64,000 bases of DNA from Actinobacteria bacterium Ga0077560 (GTDB lineage: Bacteria; Actinomycetota; Thermoleophilia; Miltoncostaeales; Miltoncostaeaceae), in NCBI GenBank assembly GCA_001464275.1, contig LNFL01000071.1:32894-96893 (forward strand). Direction: 5' to 3'. A program made the position numbers and the translations under genes. Shown here in pieces: positions 16,225 to 28,164 of the stretch; positions within the stretch are counted from its first letter, which is position 1, and each line of letters starts with the position of its first letter. The notes under the pieces are model-generated. The model ran no database searches. It was not told the DNA's origin and saw only the letters and a program-made list of their open reading frames with translations.

Positions 16225-17538
16225 ATGAGCCGCGCCCCCCGCACCCTCGTGTCCCTCGTGATCCTGGGCGCCGCGGTGCCCTCGGTCGCGACCGCCGCCC
16301 CCGCCCCCAAGCCGGGGTGGAACAAGTCCGCCGTCCTCGCCCCGGCCGGCCCGTCCTACTCACGCCTCACCGTGGCCGTGTCCCGGCAGGGCGACGCCGC
16401 CGTCGGCTGGCTCCGCGAGGCCACCTGCTGCACCGGCACGGGCCGCCTGGAGGTCCGTTTCCGCCGCCGGGCCACCGGGCCGTTCACGCGTCCCCGCACG
16501 CTCGAGCTCTCCGGCGCCCGGCTGCCGCACGTCTCGATCTCCCAGGTCGCCGAGCCCCTTGTGGTGTGGGTCGCCGGCGCCAGCATCAAGGCCGCGGCAC
16601 GCGAGCGCGGCGAGCCGTGGCGCACCTGGACCGTGGCGTCCAAGACGTCCGACGTGGTCTCCCTGCGCGGCGCGATCGACGTCACCGGCACCGCCACCGT
16701 GGTGTGGGTGCAGCAGCCGGGCGCCGGGGCGGCGACGGTGCGCAGCGCATCCACCACCCTCGACGGCGCCGACACCCCGCCCTGGACCGCCGACACGCAG
16801 TTCGTCGCCCCGAACGGCCCGGTGAGCACCGCGGTGGGCGCCCGCGGCTGGGCGCTGGCCGCCTGGCCCATGGCGGACGGCAGCATCGAGCACACCATCC
16901 GCACCCCGTCCACCGGCGCGTGGGCGGCGGTGAAGGAGCTCGCCCCGCCCGGCAGCGCGGTCCCCGCCGCGACGGTGCGCGTGGACATCGCCCCGCTCGG
17001 GCAGGCGATCGCCGCGTGGTTCGGCGACGGCGCGCAGCAGGTGCAGGCCAGCTACCTCGCCGACCCGTCGGCCCCGTCCTGGGAGGCCCCGTACGCCCTC
17101 ACCGCCGCCGCCCCCGGGCTGTTCAGCAACCTGGCCGTGAGCATCGACAACGGGGCCGCCGTGTCCTGGGCCGCGAACTGCGTGAAGGGTGGCAAGCAGC
17201 CGGTGGGCGCCGCACACCGCACCGGCGCGAGCGCGAACTGGAGGATCGTCCCCAGCCCGCCCGTGCTGTCCTGCGGCGGTGAGGACCTGAGCGTGGTGAG
17301 CCGCCTCGGCATCGTCCGCGGGCCGCGGCTGGTGATGCTCGCCCCGCTCGAGGTGAGCGTGGGCCCCGACACCGCCGTGGGCGCCCAGACCACGCTCGGC
17401 GGCCTGTGGCAGCGGGGCGCGCTGCCGGGTGAGCAGAGCGTCGCCGAGATGGACGCCTCGGGTCGCGTGGGGCTGTTCGTGTGGGCGCGCCCCGAGGACG
17501 GCACCGCGCTGCGCTGGCGCCAGTACCTGGCCCCCTGA
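16225..17538 (+). CDS. Secreted propeller-like repeat protein (437 aa)
   Basis: Signal peptide MSRAPRTLVSLVILGAAVPSVATA. About 7 recurrences of a hydrophobic strand ending in W (AAVGW, LVVWV, TVVWV, ALAAW, AIAAW, AAVSW, LFVWA) at about 55-60 aa spacing. Confidence 0.6.
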   Translation: MSRAPRTLVSLVILGAAVPSVATAAPAPKPGWNKSAVLAPAGPSYSRLTVAVSRQGDAAVGWLREATCCTGTGRLEVRFRRRATGPFTRPRTLELSGARLPHVSISQVAEPLVVWVAGASIKAAARERGEPWRTWTVASKTSDVVSLRGAIDVTGTATVVWVQQPGAGAATVRSASTTLDGADTPPWTADTQFVAPNGPVSTAVGARGWALAAWPMADGSIEHTIRTPSTGAWAAVKELAPPGSAVPAATVRVDIAPLGQAIAAWFGDGAQQVQASYLADPSAPSWEAPYALTAAAPGLFSNLAVSIDNGAAVSWAANCVKGGKQPVGAAHRTGASANWRIVPSPPVLSCGGEDLSVVSRLGIVRGPRLVMLAPLEVSVGPDTAVGAQTTLGGLWQRGALPGEQSVAEMDASGRVGLFVWARPEDGTALRWRQYLAP

Positions 17539-17548
17539 TCCGCGAGGT

Positions 17549-17576
17549 GGGAGGGCCCGGTCGCCCGGGCCCTCCC
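17549..17576. terminator. Bidirectional GC hairpin between convergent genes
   Basis: gggagggcccgg-tcgc-ccgggccctccc forms a perfect 12-bp stem with a 4-nt loop. It lies 11 nt after one stop and 26 nt before the convergent stop. Confidence 0.6.
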
Positions 17577-17601
17577 GTCGCCGCGGCTGGGGGGTTCCGC
17601 G

Positions 17602-18696
17602 TCACGACAACGTGCAGGCTCCCGTGGACGTGCTCGGGAACCGCGGCACCGCCGGTGTCTTGAAGTCCTTCTTGATCCGCTGGATCGCGGCGATGAACTG
17701 CCGGGTCGTGGAGTCGCGCGACAGCGTGGAGTAGGCGCGCCGCCCGGCGGCCTGCAGCTTCAGCACCTCGGCGTTCCGGGCGTACTTGAACTTCACGCCG
17801 CAGTTCACGAGGTCCTGCGGCAGCGTCGACCGCTTGGTCACGATGCCGATCGAGTACGCCGGCACCAGGTTCGCGGCCGTCCGGATCGCGGTCTGCTCGC
17901 TCCGCGACAGGCTGTTGTAGAAGGCCCGGTTGATGGACAGCGCGGTCGGGAACGGCCACAGCGGCACGTTCGCCGTCACGTTCTTGGCCACCTCGAAGTA
18001 CTTGTTGGTGGCGATGAGGCCGATGTTGGCCTCCATGCCGTCCACCGTGCCGTTCTTGAGGGCCAGGTAGACCTCCGGCAGCGGCAGCGGGTCCGGGCTC
18101 ACGCCCAGGGCCTGCAGGCCGGTGAACAGCACCTTCGACTGCACCGAGCGGATCTTCGCGTTCTTGAAGGAGTTCAGGGTCGTGAAGCTCTTGGTCGACC
18201 CCAGCGGGTACCGGATGCCGCCCTCGTGGATCGAGAGCACGAACAGGTTGCCCGCCTGCTGGGTGGCGCGCGCCGACATGCTGCGCCCCAGGCGGCCCGC
18301 GATGATCTGCTTCTCCAGCGCGTAGCCGTTCACGAGGAACGGCGCCTGCAGGGCCTGGAACGCCGTGATGCCCGCGGAGTCGAACACCGCGGTCGACATC
18401 GTGGCCATCGGGATCGTCCCGTTGCGGACGTCGTTCAGCAGCCCCGGCTCGGCGGACGGGTAGCTCGGCCGCGGGACGATCTTGATCGATCCGCCGGAGA
18501 GCCGGTTCACCTGCGCCGCGAAGTAGTCGATGGCCTGGCCGTACGGGTGCTGCTGGGTGGTCACGTAGGCCAGGGTGATCTCACGCGTGCCGCCCTGCTC
18601 CCGCGCCGGCTCGGCCGTGGCCGCCGCGGTGCCCGCAACGAACGCGCCGGTCATGCCGAGCGCGAGGATCGTCCGGGCCAGCTTTCGCTCATTCAC
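17602..18696 (-). CDS. TRAP-transporter solute-binding protein (DctP family), no DctQM partner in window
   Basis: Signal peptide, then ITLAYVTTQQHPYGQAIDYFAAQVNRLSGGSIKI...GTIPMATMSTAVF, typical of DctP-family SBPs. GTG start. Confidence 0.8.
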   Translation of the reverse strand: MNERKLARTILALGMTGAFVAGTAAATAEPAREQGGTREITLAYVTTQQHPYGQAIDYFAAQVNRLSGGSIKIVPRPSYPSAEPGLLNDVRNGTIPMATMSTAVFDSAGITAFQALQAPFLVNGYALEKQIIAGRLGRSMSARATQQAGNLFVLSIHEGGIRYPLGSTKSFTTLNSFKNAKIRSVQSKVLFTGLQALGVSPDPLPLPEVYLALKNGTVDGMEANIGLIATNKYFEVAKNVTANVPLWPFPTALSINRAFYNSLSRSEQTAIRTAANLVPAYSIGIVTKRSTLPQDLVNCGVKFKYARNAEVLKLQAAGRRAYSTLSRDSTTRQFIAAIQRIKKDFKTPAVPRFPSTSTGACTLS

Positions 18697-18840
18697 TGGT
18701 GGTCCCCCTCATGAGGATGAGCGCCCGGGTGCTGCCGGGCGGAGGGCGGCCCCGATGCGGGGGCACGGCGCCCTCGGGGCGACGCTACGACCGCCGTGGC
18801 GGACCTCGAAATGCGGGGAAACCCCGGGGTGAACGGCCCT

Positions 18841-20184
18841 TCAGGCGGGGCCGGGTCCCACCGGGAGCCGCAGCCGGAACAGCGCGCCGCCGCCCTCGGC
18901 GTCCTCCACGCCCACCGTGCCGCCGTGGCCCGCGGCCACCTGCCGCACGATCGACAGGCCCAGGCCGGTGCCCGGGCGGGACCGGGCCTCCGGGGATCGC
19001 CAGAAGCGGGCGAACACCCGCTCGCGGTCCTCGGCCGGCACGCCGGGCCCGTGGTCGCGCACGGCCACCTCGCCGTCGCCGATGGTCACCTCCACCGGGC
19101 GGCCCTCGCCGTACTTGACCGCGTTGTCGATGAGGTTGCCCACGGCGCGCGCCAGCGCGTCCGGGTCGCCCATCACCTCGCCGCACGAGCCCTCCACGCG
19201 GATGTCGGCGTTCGGCCAGAACGCCCGGGCCCGGGCGGCCGCGTCGTGCACCAGCTCCTCCAGGTCCACGGGCACGGGGGAGGTCACCGGCCGGTCGCCG
19301 CGGGCGAGCTCCACCAGGTCGCCCACCAGGCCCCCCACGCCGTCCAGCTGCACGGTGAGGTCCTCCAGCAGGTTCCCGCGCTCCAGGTCGTCCAGCGGCG
19401 CGCCCGAGGCCAGCAGCTCCACGTTGGCGCGCAGCGCGGTGAGCGGCGTGCGCAGCTCGTGGGAGGCGTCGGCCACCAGCCGGTCCTGGGCCTGCCGGGC
19501 CTGGTCGAGGCTCGCCAGCATCTCGTTGAACCGGCGCGCCAGCCGCGCGGGCTCGTCGTCACCATCCACCGGGATGCGGTGGGAGAGGTCCCCGGTGCGG
19601 GCCACGTGGTCCACGCTGCCGGCCAGGGCCTGCACGGGCCGCACGCCGCGGGCGGCCACCGCGGCGCCCAGCACGCCGGCCAGCGCGATGCCCGCCAGCG
19701 AGATCAGCGCCAGCCGGGTGCGCAGCGTGTCGAGCGTGGCGTTCACCTCGCTGAGCGGGCGGGCCACCTGCAGGGCCAGGCCGCGCTGCACCGGCACGGT
19801 GAGCACGCGCACCTCGGTGCCGCCGGCCGTCACCGTGGAGTAGCTGGACGGCCCGCCGTCACGGGCCACCGCCGCCGCGGAGGGCGCCACCGGCAACGCC
19901 TCCTCGCTGCTGGGCAGCGACAGCGGGGTGCCGGTCGCGTCGATGAGCTGCACGAACGCCCCGGCGCCGCCGAACCGTCCGGCCACCTGCCCGCCGAAGT
20001 CCCCGCGGCGCCGCTCGGGACGGAACAGATCCCGGGAGGGGCGCTCGGCCTGGCGGCGCAGGTCCTGGTCCACCTGGCTGCGCAGCGCCGTGCCGGTGGC
20101 CGAGTAGACCGCGAACGCGCTCAGCACCACCGCCAGCGCCACCGCCACGGCGGCCGCGACGGTGATGCGGGCACGGAAGCTCAC
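18841..20184 (-). CDS. Sensor histidine kinase (2 TM, HAMP, HisKA, HATPase_c)
   Basis: H-box SHELRTPLTAL, N-box NLIDNAVKY and G-box GTGLGLSIV. The GTG start overlaps the response-regulator stop (GTGA at 20181-20184). Confidence 0.9.
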   Translation of the reverse strand: MSFRARITVAAAVAVALAVVLSAFAVYSATGTALRSQVDQDLRRQAERPSRDLFRPERRRGDFGGQVAGRFGGAGAFVQLIDATGTPLSLPSSEEALPVAPSAAAVARDGGPSSYSTVTAGGTEVRVLTVPVQRGLALQVARPLSEVNATLDTLRTRLALISLAGIALAGVLGAAVAARGVRPVQALAGSVDHVARTGDLSHRIPVDGDDEPARLARRFNEMLASLDQARQAQDRLVADASHELRTPLTALRANVELLASGAPLDDLERGNLLEDLTVQLDGVGGLVGDLVELARGDRPVTSPVPVDLEELVHDAAARARAFWPNADIRVEGSCGEVMGDPDALARAVGNLIDNAVKYGEGRPVEVTIGDGEVAVRDHGPGVPAEDRERVFARFWRSPEARSRPGTGLGLSIVRQVAAGHGGTVGVEDAEGGGALFRLRLPVGPGPA

Positions 20185-20864
20185 GGGGTGTCCCGCAGCG
20201 CGTAGCCGAAGCCGCGCACCGTCTGCAGCAGGCGCGGCTCCCCGCCGGACTCCAGCTTGCGCCGCAGGTACCCCACGTAGACCTCGATGCCGTTGGTGGA
20301 CGTCCGGGCGTCCATCCCCCACACCCGGTCCAGGATCACCTCGCGGGTGAGCACGCGGTCCGGGTTCCGCATGAACAGCTCCAGCAGCAGGAACTCGGTG
20401 CGGGTGAGCTCGAAGCGCCGCCCCGAGCGCTCGCCCATGAGGGTCTCCAGGTCGAGCCGCAGGTCACCGTACTCCAGGGTCCCGTCGTCGGGGTCCCCGG
20501 CGCCCGGGGCGCGCCGCACGATGGCCCGCAGCCGGGCCAGCAGCTCGGCCAGGGCGAAGGGCTTCACCAGGTAGTCGTCGGCCCCGGCGTCCAGGCCCTC
20601 CACGCGGTCGGCCACCGAATCGCGCGCGGTCAGCAGCAGGATCGGCGTGCGGTCCCCGCGGCGGCGCAGCTCACGGCAGATGTCGAAGCCGTTGATGTCC
20701 GGCAGGTTGACGTCCAGCACCACCGCGTCCGGGGCGATCCGGACGACCGCGGCCAGCCCGGTGGCGCCGCCCTCGGCGGTCTCCACCGTGTAGCCGTTGG
20801 CCCGCAGGGCCCGCTCCACCGACGACCGCACACGGGGGTCGTCCTCCACGATCAGCACGCGCAT
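20181..20864 (-). CDS. OmpR/PhoB-family response regulator
   Basis: MRVLIVEDD...VVLDVNLPDINGF...LLLTAR receiver domain plus a winged-helix C-terminus (LTRTEFLLLELFMRNP...VYVGYLRRKL). Confidence 0.92.
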   Translation of the reverse strand: MRVLIVEDDPRVRSSVERALRANGYTVETAEGGATGLAAVVRIAPDAVVLDVNLPDINGFDICRELRRRGDRTPILLLTARDSVADRVEGLDAGADDYLVKPFALAELLARLRAIVRRAPGAGDPDDGTLEYGDLRLDLETLMGERSGRRFELTRTEFLLLELFMRNPDRVLTREVILDRVWGMDARTSTNGIEVYVGYLRRKLESGGEPRLLQTVRGFGYALRDTP

Positions 20865-20930
20865 GCGGCAGATAGTGCCGGATGCGGGTGACGGCCCCCA
20901 CGCGAGACGTCACCCGCTCGGCCATGTGGA

Positions 20931-21533
20931 TCAGGGGCCGGGGAACCCGCCCATGCCGCGCGGCCCGTGGTGGCCACGGCCGCCGTGGTCGCCCCCGAAC
21001 CCGAACCCGCGTCCCAGCCCGAAGCCGTCGCCGTCGGCGGCCCGCTGCTTGGCCTCGGCCAGCATGGTGTCGGCCTGGGCCTGCGTGATGTCGCCGGCCT
21101 TCACGGCGGCGTCCAGGCGCGTCTTCAGGCGTTCCAGGCCCTGCTCGGCCAGCTTCTCGCTGAGATTGCCCGCGGCCGCGGCGGCGCGCAGCTCCTTGGC
21201 ATCGGCCTCCGAGATGCGGCCGTCGGCCACGGCCTCGTCCAGGTGGGCGAGGAACACCGTCTCGCGGGCGGCCTTCTCCGCGGCCTCGAGCTTGTCCACC
21301 GACACCCCGAGCTCCTTCGCGAGCGCGGCGCGGTACTCGGCGTGGCGTGCCTCGTGGTCCTGCTTGGACGGGGCCGTCGTGGACCCCTGGGCGGTGGTCG
21401 TGCCCTGGGTGGTCGTCGTGGTGCCGGACGATCCACCGCTCTGGGCGAACACCGGCAGGGCGATGGCGCCCGCGCTGATGGCGGCGGCGACACCGGCGGT
21501 GATCACGGTGCGCCGGAAGGCGATCTTCTCCAT
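20931..21533 (-). CDS. Secreted alpha-helical protein with Gly/His-rich C-terminal tail
   Basis: Signal peptide (AGAIALPVFAQS), a Thr-rich linker, repeated helical segments and the tail GFGFGGDHGGRGHHGPRGMGGFPGP. Directly upstream of the two-component genes. Confidence 0.6.
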   Translation of the reverse strand: MEKIAFRRTVITAGVAAAISAGAIALPVFAQSGGSSGTTTTTQGTTTAQGSTTAPSKQDHEARHAEYRAALAKELGVSVDKLEAAEKAARETVFLAHLDEAVADGRISEADAKELRAAAAAGNLSEKLAEQGLERLKTRLDAAVKAGDITQAQADTMLAEAKQRAADGDGFGLGRGFGFGGDHGGRGHHGPRGMGGFPGP

Positions 21534-21634
21534 GCGGTCCTCCTGGATGGGTCGGAAGCGTTGGCGGCAGCATGCGGCGCCCGCCTGAAAGCGACCTGAG
21601 AACCACGTTGAGACTTCCCCGGGATGGGGAGGGC

Positions 21635-22219
21635 CTACGGGCCGGAGAGCCCCAGCTCCGCCGCGTGCGGCGTCAGCGCGGCGATCACGAAGGCGATGTG
21701 GTCGTCCAGCTCCCGGCCGATCTCCTCGGCGCCCAGCGTGATGTCCGCGCGGCTCACGTTCGCCGCGAACCGCTTGTCCTTGAGCTTCTTGCGCACCGAC
21801 CGCGGCTCCATGCCCTCCAGCCGGTCGGGGCGCATGAGCGCGCAGGCGTGGATGAACCCGCTCAGCTCGTCGCAGGCGAACAGGTGACGCTCCATCGGGG
21901 TGTCCCGGCTCACGCCCATGTGCTCCGCGTGGCTCAGGATCGCCCGGCGGAACCAGTCCGGGTACCCCAGCGCCGCGAGCACCGGCTCGCCGTCCCGCGG
22001 GTGCTGCTCCAGGGTGGGGTGCCGCTCCCAGTCGAAGTCGTGAAGGAGCCCCACCACGCCCCAGGCATCGCCGTCCTCGCCCAGCTCGGCGGCGTAGGCG
22101 CGCATGGCGATCTCCACGGCACGGCAGTGGCGGCGCAGCGCCTCGCTCGCGATCCACTCCTCCAGCAGCGCCTGCGCGCGGCCGCGGTCCCGGGCCAGCT
22201 CCTCCGCCTGATCGCTCAT
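21635..22219 (-). CDS. HD-domain metal-dependent phosphohydrolase
   Basis: RHCRAVE...GLLHDFDWE...SHAEH is an HD/HDIG-type His-Asp signature. Confidence 0.75.
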   Translation of the reverse strand: MSDQAEELARDRGRAQALLEEWIASEALRRHCRAVEIAMRAYAAELGEDGDAWGVVGLLHDFDWERHPTLEQHPRDGEPVLAALGYPDWFRRAILSHAEHMGVSRDTPMERHLFACDELSGFIHACALMRPDRLEGMEPRSVRKKLKDKRFAANVSRADITLGAEEIGRELDDHIAFVIAALTPHAAELGLSGP

Positions 22220-22229
22220 GCCCGGGAGC

Positions 22230-23444
22230 CTACGCGTCCACCGTGACGCTGAACCGCAGCGCCGACTCCGGTCCCAGGTCGTCCAGCCACGCGGCGTGCT
22301 CCTGCACCAGCGCCACCACCACGCGGTACTCGCCCGGGCCGGGGGCGGCCAGCTCCACGGTCATCCGGGCCGTGGACCCCGAGCGCAGCTCCCCGCCCAG
22401 CTCGGTGCGGCGTCCGTCAGCCACCGGCGCGCCCGCGTCGCTCCACCAGCGCGCGGCCATCCGCACCGGGTGCGGCCCGTCGCCGGACAGGTGCGATCCG
22501 GTGGTGTTGGCCACCTCCACCGGCAGCAGCTCGCGCGACCCGGCCCGCATCCGCGCCGACGGCGGCACCACGGCGCGCAGCCGCAGCGACGGCTCCACCG
22601 CGTACTCGGAGGCCCCGCTGGGCAGCAGCTCCAGCATCCGCCCGGCGAGGGCGCGCAGGTCGCCGCGGCCGGGCGGTGCGGCCGTGGCCAGCACGTCTCC
22701 CAGGCCGTGCCGGCGCAGGCGGGCCATCAGGTCGTCCTCGCCGCGCAGCGGCACCAGCGCCCCTCCGCGGCCGATCCAGTGCACGTACGGGTGGACCTGG
22801 GTGATCAGGCGCCACAGCTCGCGGGGCCCGCGCCCGTCGACGCGGCGCAGGGCCGCCGGGTTGACCTCCAGCAGCAGGGCGGGGCGAAAGCGCTGCAGGG
22901 TCTGGGCGCCCCCCTCGAGCAGGGCGAACTCCGCCCCCTCGATGTCGGCCTTCACCAGGTCCAGGCGTTCGATCCCCTGCGCGGCGACCCAGTCGTCCAG
23001 CGTCGTGCCGGCGATCTCGGTGTCCCCCTCGGCGCCGATGTGGGCACCGGCGGAGAACCCCTCATTGCTCACGAACCGCAGCGGCCCGCTGCGGTCGGCG
23101 ATCGCCACGCGGTGCACCGTCACGGCCTCCAGCCCGTTCGCGGCCAGGTTCCCCTCCAGCAGGTCCGCGGTGCCGGGGAACGGCTCCATCGCGTGCACAT
23201 GCCCCGCCGGGGTGCCCGCGGCCAGGGTCATGGCGATCATCCCGATATGGGCCCCGGCGTCCAGGACCACGTCGCCCGGGCGGACCAGCCGGCGCAGCAG
23301 ACGCATCACCCCGCCCTCGTACCGGCCGTCCAGCTCGGCGATGCGCTCCAGCAGCGATCGCTCGGACTCCCCGCCGCGCACGGTGAGGGCGGCCGGGACG
23401 CCGGGGATCCTCAGGCGGGTCTCGGGCGGGCTGGACGCGGGCAT
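22230..23444 (-). CDS. FkbM-family methyltransferase with a C-terminal beta-sandwich-like extension
   Basis: VVLDAGAHIGMIAMTLA, AIADRSGPLRF and LVKADIEGAEFALL are FkbM signatures. About 140 extra C-terminal residues are present. Confidence 0.7.
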   Translation of the reverse strand: MPASSPPETRLRIPGVPAALTVRGGESERSLLERIAELDGRYEGGVMRLLRRLVRPGDVVLDAGAHIGMIAMTLAAGTPAGHVHAMEPFPGTADLLEGNLAANGLEAVTVHRVAIADRSGPLRFVSNEGFSAGAHIGAEGDTEIAGTTLDDWVAAQGIERLDLVKADIEGAEFALLEGGAQTLQRFRPALLLEVNPAALRRVDGRGPRELWRLITQVHPYVHWIGRGGALVPLRGEDDLMARLRRHGLGDVLATAAPPGRGDLRALAGRMLELLPSGASEYAVEPSLRLRAVVPPSARMRAGSRELLPVEVANTTGSHLSGDGPHPVRMAARWWSDAGAPVADGRRTELGGELRSGSTARMTVELAAPGPGEYRVVVALVQEHAAWLDDLGPESALRFSVTVDA

Positions 23445-23469
23445 GCCGCAGTATCGCGATCGGTGACGG

Positions 23470-25269
<1,800 letters not shown>

Positions 25270-27283
25270 GCGGCCCCGCGACCCCGTCGGGCTGCAGCCC
25301 GCGCGACCGCTGGAACGCCCGCACGGCCGCCCGGGTCTGCTGGCGGTAGAGCCCGGTGCGGGGCACCGGCACGCCCCAGGTCCGCAGGCGCGCCTGCAGC
25401 CACACCACGGCGTCCCCACGGGCGCCGAAGCGGATCACCGGGTAGGTGCGGGCCAGCACCGCCAGGGTGGGGCAGCTGGCGACGGGCCGGGCGAGCACCG
25501 GCCACTGGGCGGCGCGGGTGTGCTGGAAGCTCCAGTACGACGCGCCCGGCCAGCCGTACGCGGCGGCCAGGCAGCGGAACCGCACCAGATCGGCCGGCGA
25601 CTCCCGCCGGTAGGTCCCGGCGATCGGGGCGATCGGCGCCCGGTAGATGCTGTTCCAGCGCGCGGTGCGGGCCAGCGCCCGGTCCACGGCGGTGCCGAAG
25701 GCGCCCCAGTAGACCTGTGGCATCACCACGTCCGCGCCGTTCGGGCCCTCCATGAACGCCGAGTACGGGAACGAGGAGTGCCCGTCCACGTACGCGAAGC
25801 TGGTGAGGCCCACCGGGTACTCGGTGCCCACGAGCCGCCGCAGCTCGGCCATGTATCGCCGGGCCGCCCGGTAGGTGCGTCCCTCGTACGAGCCGCGGCC
25901 GCCCTCGAACTCGCTTTCGGCGTCCACCACGAAGCAGTCGGCGCCGGCGCGCACCGCGCGGGCCGCCACGCGCGCCTCCAGCACCGGCCGGCGGCCGTAG
26001 ATGTACTGCCAGGCGCACACCTTCAGGCCCGCGTCCCGCAGCGTGGGCAGGGCGGCGTCGAACTGCCGCCAGTAGGTCGCGCCGTCGCCGGACTTGAGGT
26101 AGACGGTGCGCATGCCGCTGGCCGCCGCGCGGGCCGCCACGGCCGGGGCGCCGCCCGACCGCCCGATCTCCCACACCCAGGTCCCCAGGCCGTCGAAGGG
26201 GGAGTCCTCGGCCGCCAGCGCGTCGGGGTCGTCGGGGCGCACCACCGGTGACGCCGGCAGCGGGCAGCTCGCGGTGAGCCCCCACACCTCGCGCACCGCG
26301 GCGGGGATGCGCGGACATCCGGGGCCGCCGGGATCGCCCACGGCCACCCACGTGCCGGCGGCGGTGGTGCGGAAGAGCTCCGGGTCGCCGTCCACGCGGG
26401 GGAACCGCGCCAGGGCCCACCCGGTGCCGGCCAGGGTGGCGGCCTGCACCGACCCGGCCACGGGCTCCGGCGGCACGGCCGGCGGGCGGCGCATCGCCCG
26501 GGCGTGCGCTGCGGCAAGCGCCGCCCGGAGATCGGGTGTCACGCCCAGCGGCTGCGCGCCCAGCGGGTCGGGACGCTCCGGCTGGCGCGCCCACAGGTGG
26601 GCGGCCAGCGCCGCCAGGCCCGCAAGGCCGGGGTCGGTGCCGGGCGCCGCGACCCGGCCCACGCCATAGAGCCACGTGCCCGCCGCGAAGACCGCGTCCA
26701 CCCGCACCGTGCCGTCGGCGGCCGTGGTGGTGATGATGCGGCCGTCGGCGGGGTCGGCGAGCTCGTCGCTGCGCTGGATCACGGTGTCGGACCGCACGCG
26801 CAGCGCCCAGCGCACCGCCTCCAGGGCGGCCCGGGCGCCGCCGGGGGTGCCGAACTGCACGGCCCAGGCGCGCGTGGCCGGCACCGTCGCCGTCGCCGGG
26901 GCGTACGCCTCGACCCCGCCGATCAGGCCGGTCCGCACCAGCCGACCCACCGCCTCCTGCCGGCGCCGCTCACCGGCGGGCAGCACGGGGTCCACCAGCT
27001 GGTCGGCCAGCACGAGCGCGCGCGGGGCCTCCGGCGGGGCGGGCAGCCACGCGGGGTCCGGCAGGCGGTTCTCGATCCCCGCGGGCGGGTCCTGGGCGAC
27101 CGCGGGTGACACCGCCACCACGGCGGCGGTGATCGCGCTGAGCAGAAGGGCACGTCCGCTCAATGGGGCCTCCGTTCCGAGGCGGGCGACGCTAACAGCG
27201 GTGCGAGGGGGGACGGGGTCCTCCGGTTCGGGGGGACCACCACCTCTACGCCGCCCGCGCGGCCGTCCCTCCCGGGGCCGGCG

Positions 27284-27976
27284 TCAGTCCGCCGGAAGCG
27301 CCGGTTCCCACACGGGGATGCCCCCGCGGAGGGTCACGCGGCGGGCGCCGCGGCGCTCCCTGGCGGAGATCACCTCGGTGAGGACCTCGTCGGTGAACAC
27401 CAGCGCGGCGCCGTCGTCCACGCCGAACGCCTCCGGGAAGTGCCCTTCGGCGATCGCCGATTCCAGCGCGGGAACGCGATGGGGGTCGCCGTTCACGTGG
27501 GGGCAGAACGCACCCGGCAGCAGCCCCAGGCCCTCCACGGGGGCGAACCCGTGGCCCAGGGAGTTCGACAGGCCATGGCGGAACCAGCAGATCGCGCCCG
27601 CGCTCACACCGGCCATCGTCACGCCCCGGGCGTAGGCGTCGCGCAGGGCCCGGTCGACCCCGTGCAGCTCCCACAGGGCCAGCAGGTTCGCGGTGCTGCC
27701 GCCGCCCACGTACACCAGGTCCTGATCGGCGAGCGCCTGCTCCACCGACCGCGGGTGCGGGCGGAAGATCGCCAGGTGGTCGCATCGGCAGCCGCGCGGC
27801 GCGAAGAACTCGTAGAAGCGGGAGATGAGGTTCCCGCTGTCACCCGACGCGGTCGGCAGGAACAGCACCCGCGGGGTGTCGGTGCCCAGCAGCTCGAGCA
27901 TCCGCTCCTCGATCGCCGGGTGTCCGGGATCGGTGGGCCAGCCGTCGCCGCCGCAGGCGATGATGCGTCGCGTCAT
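27284..27976 (-). CDS. Peptidase S51 (dipeptidase E / cyanophycinase family)
   Basis: RVLFLPTASGD, VYVGGGSTANLL, nucleophile elbow GVSAGAICW and CPH. Start set at MTRRIIACGG. Confidence 0.8.
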   Translation of the reverse strand: MTRRIIACGGDGWPTDPGHPAIEERMLELLGTDTPRVLFLPTASGDSGNLISRFYEFFAPRGCRCDHLAIFRPHPRSVEQALADQDLVYVGGGSTANLLALWELHGVDRALRDAYARGVTMAGVSAGAICWFRHGLSNSLGHGFAPVEGLGLLPGAFCPHVNGDPHRVPALESAIAEGHFPEAFGVDDGAALVFTDEVLTEVISARERRGARRVTLRGGIPVWEPALPAD

Positions 27977-28164
27977 CCGGCGAAACATAGCTGCGACATC
28001 GTCGTCCCCGGTCTGGACGCGGGGCCAAGCGGCGTGCGGAATCTCTGGCTCCGGGGCGATCGTCCGCCGCCCCGCCATGGCCCACCATGCCCACCACGCC
28101 AGCACGGGAGCCCACGCCGATGACCCTGCCTCGCCACCGCAGCCGCATCATCCCGGCCTTCCGG

